Source: Trichoplax adhaerens (Eukaryota; Animalia; Placozoa). From it: a stretch of DNA of 64,000 nt. This document shows, piece by piece, positions 54,403-64,000 of the stretch. The DNA is taken from assembly GCF_000150275.1 (NCBI RefSeq), contig NW_002060946.1, forward strand, positions 2,251,454 through 2,315,453, in the 5' to 3' direction. The notes below the pieces were generated by a model. It did not search any database and was not told the DNA's origin. It saw only the letters and a program-made list of their open reading frames with translations. Position 1 is the stretch's first letter. Every line of letters starts with the position of its first letter. Made by a program: the position numbers and the translations under genes.

Positions 54403-55429
54403 GGACTTCGGTATTTATGGTGACATTAGTTTTGTAAATAGATTCTCACTGTAGAGCTCTGCAGTATCTGTCATGCTTGCTTATTCGTTTAGTGCTGTCG
54501 TAGGAAGCAGTTTACCTCCAGTTGATGTTAAAAACAGTATATGCTATTATCATGTGCTCAAACTGTTTTCAACACTCTATACCGTACATTTAAAAGAAAA
54601 CCTACTTTTACGTTTTACTACTACCCTAGATAAACAAGTAGGGTTGTTGGAGCTAGAACGATCTGTTCGTATAGGATTGATCATGTAAATATCATTGATT
54701 TCGTTCTTGACGCAAAATATTCAATATTCAGTCACTGCCACACCAAGTTGAAAGATGATATTCATATCATTAGAAGTATGGATATCCACTGTGTTGGATG
54801 ATATCGATAAAGGGTAATCCTATGGTTAAATATTGAGATCTAACATGAGCCAGGTGCAATCCTATGTTGCAGGACCGATTGAAGTAGTCTTACTCTATAT
54901 CGCAAACATCACCATGGCCATCAGCTGGTAGCCAACAAGAAGACTCGATCGTCAGGACTAGCTGCCAATGCCAACCTTTTCAGCTCGAGTACTAGACTAC
55001 AGCTGTGCAAATAGGATAGCTGGAGGCGATAATGATCGTATGAAAGTGAATAGAGTAGGACGCGATCGAACAAAGCCATTGCTAATTGGCTTTTGACTAA
55101 ATCTTGGACTATTGTATGCGTTACATAGGTGCGTTTGGATTGGTGTTTACAATTGATCAATTTGGTTGCCTTGTTGACCCTGGGGAATTCTATTGGATTG
55201 CAAAGGAAATTTCTTCCCTTTCCACACTAGAAAACAGATCGACAGCGATATCATATAACAGTAGCATAACAGAAGCACGCTATGCCTACTGGTAGAGCTA
55301 CAACTTAAAGCAGCAAAAAGATCAATATTGTCATCGGATTAGCCAGGTTGAAGGACGCCGTCAAACTATCCCATAGCAGCCGGACATTGTTGACAAACCA
55401 GGTAAAAATGTCTCTAGTCTGTATCCTAA

Positions 55430-56760
55430 ATGTAAATATCATCGCCACCCATCATGTTGAGTCGATAGACTATCGATCAGAACAGTCGAACGTGATTGAT
55501 TGGATCTGCCAATCTTGTGAAATGTGATCACCTTTAGCTCTTGCCTTGGATTGAAACAACTCCTATTCTCGATGCTATTTCCAAATGGAAAGATCATCAT
55601 CAGAATAGCAACGACACGCAGTAAAGTTAAAAAAAAAAATCCATCTTATTATTGTGCCAGTATATCCACGATGTACAATTGGAAAGTTCTAATTTCAATC
55701 TCAATATCGTGAATAACCTAGGCGATTGGCCTGCTCTCCTAACGTAATATCTTGTCATCCAATCATGGCCACATTCGACGACTTTGATTTCAATCTTGGA
55801 TGAAAACCACTCCCATTGTCGATGTACTATCCAAATGGAGTAAAACTAAAATAATCCATCAAATTATATCCATGATGTCCATTTCATCATTCCTCATTTC
55901 GATCTCTATACCGTAGATAATTTAACATCATTGACTTGTTATGCAATATTTTATGATCAAATTATGGCCATTACTCGATGCCTTTGATTTCAATCTTGGA
56001 TTGAAATAGCTCCTATTCTCTTGGCTATTTCTAAATTGATCCATCACATCAACAATAGTAGTAACATGCGGTACTGTAGGAATAAAAAGCCCATCTACGA
56101 TGCAAAATTCATCATGTTTTTGATATCTCTGTATTGTAGATAGTCTAACGTTATTAATTTGATCTTGTAACGTAATATTATGTTATCAAAGCATGGCCAT
56201 TATTCGATGCCCTTGATTTCAATCTTAGATTGAAACGGTTGAAACAGTCCCTATCCTCATTGCTATTCTAAATTGATCGATCAAATCAACAGTAGTAGCA
56301 ACGTACAGTAGGAATATAAAATCCATCTAGATGTGGATAGTCTAACGTTATTAATTTGATCTTGTAACGTAATGTCATGTTATCAAATCAGAGCCAGTCT
56401 TTCAACGCCTTTGATTTCAATCTTAGATTGAAACAGTTGCTACCCTCATTGATATTTCTAAATTGATCGATCGCATCGACAATAGCAGCAACGTGCAGTG
56501 GGAATAAAAAGCCCATCGACGATGTAAAATTCATCCTGTTTTGATAACTCTACATTGTGGATAGTCTAACGTTATTTGATTTGATCTTGTAACGTAATAT
56601 CTTATTATTAAATCAGGGCCATTATTCGACGCCTTTGATTTCAATCTTAGATTGAAATAGCTCCTATTCTCTTTGCTATTTCTATATTGATCGATCACGT
56701 CAACAATAGCAGCGACATACAGTAGGAATAAAAAATTAATGGCCATGATTCGACGCCTTT
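55430..56760. repeat. Tandem array of 200-250 bp units (about 6 copies), each with a TTTCAATC-n3-GATTGAAA hairpin
   Basis: ttgatttcaatctt(a/g)gattgaaa at about 55784 (degenerate), 55984, 56213, 56410 and 56635, with a more degenerate copy at about 55540. The intervening sequence is also homologous between units. Confidence 0.85.
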
Positions 56761-57297
56761 GCCATTGCCCTCAGCAATAAAAATCTTAATCTAGAAGTGG
56801 CTAGACAACGTACTACTAGTAAAGTAGCCAAAATGATTTTTATCATTGAGTAATAGATTGTTTAAACTTAACACTACTATTCCATGTTGTTGTACTGTAT
56901 TAACAATTATCTATTTCATCTAAAAATTACTACTACTCACTCACGCCCTGGACATGTAAAGCTGAAACAAGCTCTGTAGTCCTTCCTCCAATGTCCCTAT
57001 TAGCGTACTCAATTTAATCCACTTTAATGATCGGGCGATTCTAGAGACACGGATGTCATAAGCTTGACATCTACTCTTCTACTAAATCCAACCCCATGTC
57101 AATTATACTACATGGAATTGATTTTTAATCCAAGATGGAAGTAATCACTAATTAGAGTTACTAAATTATTGAAATCGTCATGATTTATTAATTGCAATGA
57201 ATCAACGTACTCCAATTTGTACTTAATCCCATGATCAATTCAAGACTAATTGACAATCTCAATCTTGTACCATAGGAACCATTTTAAAAAGATTAAA

Positions 57298-60214
57298 ATG
57301 CAAGTTGATGGTGAAAGTTTTATGAAATATGTCCAAGATAACAACATCACTGCTATCCAAACTATCTTAGCCAATGCTCAAAATAGTAAAAAGTTGCTAT
57401 CTTACAAAAGAAAGAAATCGGGTGATACTCCAATGATTATAGCAAGTCGATGTGGTCATTTACAACTAATGCAGTTGTTCTATCATGGCTATGGTGTTCC
57501 ATTTACTGAAATGAACAACGATAATAAACAGCCACTCCATGAAGCTGCCCAATTTGAGCATACACTTTGCGTTCGTTTCATGCTACAATATGGTGCCGAT
57601 GTTAATAGTTTAAAGCGAGCAGATTGGTAAGTAAATGGAATAGATGACATCAATGGTGATGCTGTATAATAGCCATATTTTCTCATACAGATTACTTTAG
57701 ATAATGTTAAAGCTTATTGAGTCATCGAACAGATGATATCGAGAATAATTAACCGCGCTTTCTTCTACCGACTGATTTAACCTACGATTAGCTTAAAATG
57801 TTACAGTTAATAATAATGGTCTGTCTATCTAATTTCTATCACCTACAGCGGTATTACATCAGTTGTAATGGCTCATTGTCCTACTAGTTATTCGTAAAAT
57901 ATAATAACTAAAATTAGCGATTAGGTATAAACTTTACTTAGCTAAAGAAATGGTAAAACATTCTCTTCAAGATACTAGCCAACTCATTACAACATCAGTT
58001 TCAGGAATGTTTTATATACGAGTATACAGTATATATGGGGGACTATTTAGAAGAGTATAATGCATCTTTATTGAAAATTGGATTAGCTGATAACTCGTCC
58101 TCTCATTCATTGCCAACCCTTATAGTCAGTATAATCGTTAACGTCGTATTAACTAACAAATTACTAGCAAAAACATCCGTGGCCATAAAAACGTGTAAAC
58201 CCTACATAAACGAAGCGTAGAACTTGTATCGGCCCGTCAAAAATTAAGCTGTGATAAGTAACTCAAGGTGTAGATATTCAAATTTTAAAGAGCTTTTGTC
58301 AAGGATGGTGTTTTGCGACAACTTTACAACAAAATTTACCTCTAAGTTCAACCGCAGTTATCAATAATTTCGTGCGATTGTATCCTACAGTTGCTTCATG
58401 ACGAAACGTTAAAATTATTTAAATGTTTAACGTTTTTTAAAAATCAACTAGGACACCTTTGATGCTGGCATGTACCAAACAAAACATAGATACTATAAAA
58501 ACTCTAATTGAATATCATGCGGATACAAAAATGGTCAACAAAGATAAATGGAATTGTTTCCATATTGCTTGCAGGTGCTTAATTTTCAATTGTTAATAAT
58601 TGATTTTAGGGCCGGTAGTGTAAAATATCTCAGATAAATACTTTAATCGCAGATTTGATGCTCTTTACAGTTAAGATTTTTATTGTGCACATTTGTAACA
58701 ATTAACTCAAGACTTTTCACTGTCTATATGGAATAAGCAATTATATCCTTGAAATAAGGTTATATCGTTAGATATGTCGCCACCACAAATTAACTAATGA
58801 AATAATTTGTTTTGGGATATACTTATTCTTAGGGAAGGTAATCCTGACATTATAAATTACTTACTAGATGTTGATAATCGCATATGGCAAAATACCAGTA
58901 ACAATGGCAGAACTCCTTTACATACGGCAGGTATGCTAATGATTGCGGTGAAGTTTATAATATATGATAATTACCATAAGAACGGAACTAGTTTAATTTA
59001 AAAATTGCTCTCCTTTATCCTTATATTTCATGACTTATAATTTGTAATCGTAGCTCTTCACGGAAACCTCGAAATTGTTAAAATCCTCTTGGATAGGTAA
59101 AATAAGTATAAATAAAGATTTTGGTAAAGTGTATATATAATATTTAGGATATCTGTAATGATAAAATCTTTTAGTATAATTGGCGAAAGTTTACAATTTT
59201 AGCAAAATGTATTAAAATAATTTCTGTACCATAACCGTCGATAACAGGTGTAGCTATCCAATTGATATAGCTGATCGTTGTGGTACCACACCATTTATGG
59301 ATGCAATTAAAGGCGATCATGTTAATTTAGCCAGAACACTCGCACAGGATTATCAGGTCAGCCAGAACAAGATGCAGTTTACTGTAATATCGTTATACTG
59401 TACATCCTACAATTTCCTGATGTGCAATTGGTATTGACTTATCAGGCAGATAAACATGCTACTGATAACATGGGTAGAGAAGCTATTCATCTAGCAGCAC
59501 ATACTGGAGCAATTAGATCGATTCATTTTCTTCATAGTGAATTACGTATTGCTATTAATACTTTAACCAAATGTGGCAAGACAGCTTTACATTGTGCTGC
59601 TAAGGTTAGATTTATTTTGATGTTGTTACCATGTAATGCAGTACTAAGATGTATTAATACTTCACACAAATTTGAAGTAAAGAACAGAAAAATAAACAGT
59701 TTTAGAAACGGTCCTCCAATTGACAACCCATTTTACGAGAATTCTCTTCAACTTGATTTTAAATTAGGACGGTCAACTTGAATGCATCGAGAATTTAATC
59801 TTGTTAGGTATTAAAATCAATGCTCAAGATCATCGAGGCCATACAGGTATATTTAGTAAGATTACTAGAAGTTCGGAATTGGGCCTTGTGCAATTTTTTT
59901 ACATTTATCGTATGAATGTAATTACCTCGTACTAAGATATTCAACTGTAAAATAATTTCTACCCTTTATGATAGGATAGTCCACTTTATGCGTAATGCTT
60001 TTATCATATTCATACGTATTTATTTGTGGCACGAATGTTTTATGTCTTAATTATAGCGCTTCACATGGCTGCTGCCGGTGGTTATGCTTCATTAATTTCA
60101 ATACTAGTCCATGACTTTGGAGCTATTGATCTACCCAATTTTGTTGGCGTAACTGCTGAACAGTTATCCAGAAATGAAGTAGTACGAATGAGTTTTAACT
60201 CTCCAATTGTGTAG
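57298..60214 (+). CDS. ANKRD16: Ankyrin repeat domain-containing protein 16-like, 365 aa
   Basis: Exons (plus): 57298-57626, 58452-58574, 58833-58930, 59054-59096, 59248-59356, 59446-59604, 59768-59846, 60057-60214 (1098 nt, GT-AG). Motifs KRADWTPLMLACT, NKDKWNCFHIACREG, RTPLHTAALHG, DRCGTTPFMDA, TALHCAAKDG match recalled ANKRD16. Confidence 0.9.
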
Positions 60215-63200
60215 TGTAGTACACTATCCATCATACTTTAAGAGCATTATTTATGTAAATTGAATGATCTTGCCAGTTTCTATAATTCCTTATAATTTTT
60301 AATCTTTGCTAAAAACATAAGATATAGTTTCTACGTTTTGTGAAAACATTAGTATGTATGTAACCCTAAATGAGACTACAAGATCTCAGATAATCTAGTA
60401 CAACCAACGATTCGAAGATCGAATAACGATCACTGCACTTATAAAGTCTAAAATATGCCAACTACAATATATCATTATCAATTAGTACCACTACTAGCAG
60501 GACTATGTTATCAAAACTTAATACTATTTCAATTTTTGGTCCTAATACTATTCTATATGTACAATTTACTGTATTTGCTTATGTTGATGAAAGTAATATA
60601 CCTATTCTTACTCTATCATGTTAAGGATGCGAATCTTGAACATTACATTACGATTTCTTTCCATTCGATCCGAATTACGTACACCTACATATACGCATAT
60701 GTGTCAGTACATGCATGTAGTAGCGACAGTGGTAAAGAAATTTGAACTATATAGAATTAATGTGGAATGTACATTATATAGCAATCATTACGCTGATTCT
60801 AGCTTCAAACAAGTATCAATTACTGAATGCATACCAACGGAAATACTTGCACTATCAATTATTTTAATTGTTGAATACTAATCCTGTTTTTACCCACTAG
60901 ATAGGAATGCAGTAATTAACTCACTTACCAATCATACTATTTCGACGATTGTTCAGGGATAGTTGTGTATTTACTCATGACAAGATACTGCGACCACTCT
61001 GTTAGACTTTGATGCTATTTTACTGTATATTCTAATTGGTACTTGATGCTTATATCACTACACCATGATTGGCTATGTCTGTTTATTTTGTAGCTTAGCC
61101 AATTTTCTTTCAAATATTAAGCAATCACCTGATATATATTTTTAATATTAAAAATAATAAAGCAGCATTGATTGCATTACTTGCTTCCTACACAGCTATC
61201 CAATTTATTCCTATACGGTGAAAGGGAGGGATTATAATTATGAGAGAAAGTTATTTGATACATGATGTATAGTTACAAGAGGTACTAAGACTTTACATAC
61301 TTACGTTAAATATAAATTTTATCGGTAATGAGAATTCCTGAACCTATGCTAGAGTTATTGATTCGCCTCCGTAATTGTTTTCATATATGACGCAAGCAAA
61401 TCCAGGGGTAACTTGTACCATCATCTCCATTTTTACACACTATAACTAGCACAGCAAGTTTACGTTATAATTCTATTCAACGTTGATAATATAATCCGTT
61501 CATTTAGTTCCAGACACTCATTCCTTGGCAAGATATTATGTTGGGGTATACTTTGAGTATTATATTTGCAGTTTCTGTAATTTGGCTCTGTCAGCCTGCA
61601 CAGGTAAATGGAAAAGTAACTCACAAAAATTCTTCTACCCATGATTTTAATTTTTGTTTACAGCTGTACTTAAGCATTGTAGCATTATTTGTTTGAAGTA
61701 TCTATTCGATTTTGACCTTATTATGTCCGCCATTTTCATTTTTAACTGTATAAAATAAGACTATGTATAGTATTGCCATAACACCTGATGAAATTTCTGA
61801 CTTGATTGATTATGAAATGTAACGATCGGCTGTGTCAATATAAATTTTACTCTTGAATATTGTAGACTTCCAATGACCGATACTAACTATAAATTTGATT
61901 TCAATTGAACTGACTATAGTAGTAGCTATAGATCAATTTAGCCCATTTCAAAGATATCCTTATAACTGCCGTTACTGTATTTTATAATTCTTCAGACCAA
62001 AAACGACTAAACGTTGAAGCAAATTATAATTTAATGTCTAAGACATGATTTAAAGATGCTTAGAACATAATAATATTACTCTATTAATTAAGGAAAGCTT
62101 GCTGGTTTATTGAATAGGGTCTGTTTGATCAGATTTCAATTCTACCGATCTTACGGTGTGAATATCGAACAGCGCATTATTTTCGGGAGAATCGAAGTAA
62201 TCTACTTCATGAAATTTTAGTGTATCTAATCCCTCAGTTTTGAAATAGGACTTTAGAATGATCTAATTTCAAAAGCAGTAAATATATAATTTAACGGCAA
62301 TGCGTTATCTTTGAGAAGGATAGATGAATCTAATATATAATATATTGCTTTCACACATTATGAAATTTGCATGAATTACAACTTATTCGATCTAACTAAT
62401 GAGGACATCAAGCGTGTTGTTTTAGAGAAAGTCAAAAGTAACCTATTTTATTTATAACACTATCTTATCAATGAATGAAAAAGTCTGCTAGTTTATTAGA
62501 TGTCACTCTTTATCAAATCTCAAGGATACCTAAGACATAATTAATGAAAGTGCACTATTTTAGAGAAGGAATAGATAATCTATGACCTAAACTAACATTA
62601 GTCCTACAATTTTGTGACAACTTCTAGTTTACTCATTGTAGCTTTAAGTTTGATTGAAACTTCGAGAGTATCAATATATTATTTTGGAGATGCAGCATAA
62701 CTGATTTTGCAAATAATATTACCCTACTAACTAATGAACGTTTACCGGTTTGTTAATCATGACTTTGGTTTGTTCTAATTGCAAGGTAGTAATAAGAATG
62801 TGATTGAACAAAATCTTTACTATGGGGAAGAAAGTTTAACCTATTAGATAGAATATTACTTTATCAAATTATAAAACTTCCTCTTTATTGATTATAGCTT
62901 TAGTATGATTACATTTAAAGGAAGTATAAGTTTCTTACTAATTTATAAGATCCTAGAAATTAAACTAACTAATGCAGCTTAAAGGGTTGTCGCGGCATAC
63001 CTCTCACAACAATCGTTTTCCGCTTTACATTTTTCTTTATGGTAATCTCGAAAAATGCAATTAGTATGATAAAAGCTTCGAAAAAAGTTATTTTGCTTCC
63101 TAATGCCGACGATCATTTAAATTTGAAATCGTAATTTACCACAATTTAGCTGACGATATCATCATCAATCCATCGTTTTAAAACAGGCTGCATTAAATGA

Positions 63201-63346
63201 ACAACTTTACGCTTTTGTATGAATTTATAATCAATAATTATATGAACTGTGATGATGAATTCGCTAGTTCAATTTCCTTAAAATTAAATTACCTTAAATT
63301 TGGAATTAGATCCCGTAATCATTTGTTTAAATGTGGATTATGTTAG

Positions 63347-63640
63347 GTTGGTTGTCAGTCATCGCCATCGGCAAATCTTCATGGCAAAATTACAGTTCAT
63401 TTTCTTAATTATGAAAATCAGAAAGGATTAGGATGGCGTTATCCAGCCTGCAACGAAACGCAAATGAGATGTCCAAGTCAATTTCATATCTGTATTGGCC
63501 ACGCTGGAAAAAGTTGCTATCAACAGGTCATCAGCAAATTTTTCAAGACTAAAATCACAAGAGTCCCACTAGACAGTAAAAGCAACTTATCCAAAACAAT
63601 TTCTAATCCATTTACCATTTCCTATTATCAACCATTACCG
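63347..63640 (+). CDS. Internal exon encoding an MNNL/C2-like domain (N-terminus of Delta/Jagged-type proteins); gene incomplete
   Basis: ttag|GTT...CCG|gtaata, 294 nt, phase 0-0, open: VGCQSSPSANLHGKITVHFLNYENQKGLGWRYPACNETQMRCPSQFHICIGHAGKSCYQQVISKFFKTKITRVPLDSKSNLSKTISNPFTISYYQPLP. The pattern G-x-I-x-V..Y-x-N..G...C...C...F-x-I-C...C...NP-F...P resembles MNNL. Confidence 0.6.
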
Positions 63641-64000
63641 GTAATATAGAATTTTATTACTGGAATATTGAGCAATTGTGACGTTTATGAGCCTCTAATA
63701 GAAATTTACTGAAGATACTTGAATACTTGAAATATCAGTCTAGTATAAGCCTCTCTATCATCAATCATCTAGTAATTTTTACTTGTGCCATTTTGATAGT
63801 TCTTTAACTAGGAGTTTTTCTTATTCCCAATTTATAACAGTATTAAGCAAAACTAAAAATCATAAACTTAATTTTAGTCGCATTTATATTATTCCTGTTT
63901 ACGATTTTCATATCAATAAATATTCCAATTTCTACATAGCAGATATAATAAGTTGAATTACTTTTATCCAAGTTTTAAGGTGATAAAAATGCCGCTACTG

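Noticed and set aside
55780-56660. CRISPR-like TTTCAAT...ATTGAAA(C/T) repeats
   Set aside because: The spacing is about 200-230 bp, the intervening DNA is homologous rather than unique, there are no cas genes, and the context is eukaryotic.
60929-61642. Possible decayed minus-strand exons (FN3-like and crystallin-like peptide fragments, gtaag donors near 60928 and 61304)
   Set aside because: In-frame stops in every frame tried and only vague motif resemblance; BLASTX would be needed.

Overview
AT-rich, intron-rich animal genomic DNA. A placozoan (Trichoplax-like) origin is my inference from the composition, the short GT-AG introns and the tandem GABA-B-like receptors; it is not proven. Manual splice reconstruction gives: (1) two tandem minus-strand class C GPCR genes of the GABA-B receptor family, one complete (15 exons, 822 aa) and one running off the left edge; (2) a minus-strand SLC35B4 nucleotide-sugar transporter (10 exons, 340 aa) whose last intron is a U12-type AT-AC intron; (3) a divergently oriented ANKRD16 (8 exons, 365 aa); (4) a plus-strand exon at the right edge resembling the N-terminal MNNL/C2 domain of Notch ligands. 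The receptor region holds at least 13 solo-LTR-like elements (TG...CA/TA ends, 4-5 bp target-site duplications, TATA followed by AATAAA). Several are nested in each other, with the empty sites visible elsewhere in the window. There is also a candidate non-autonomous Helitron and several 100-260 bp tandem repeats. No rRNA, tRNA or CRISPR array is supported.
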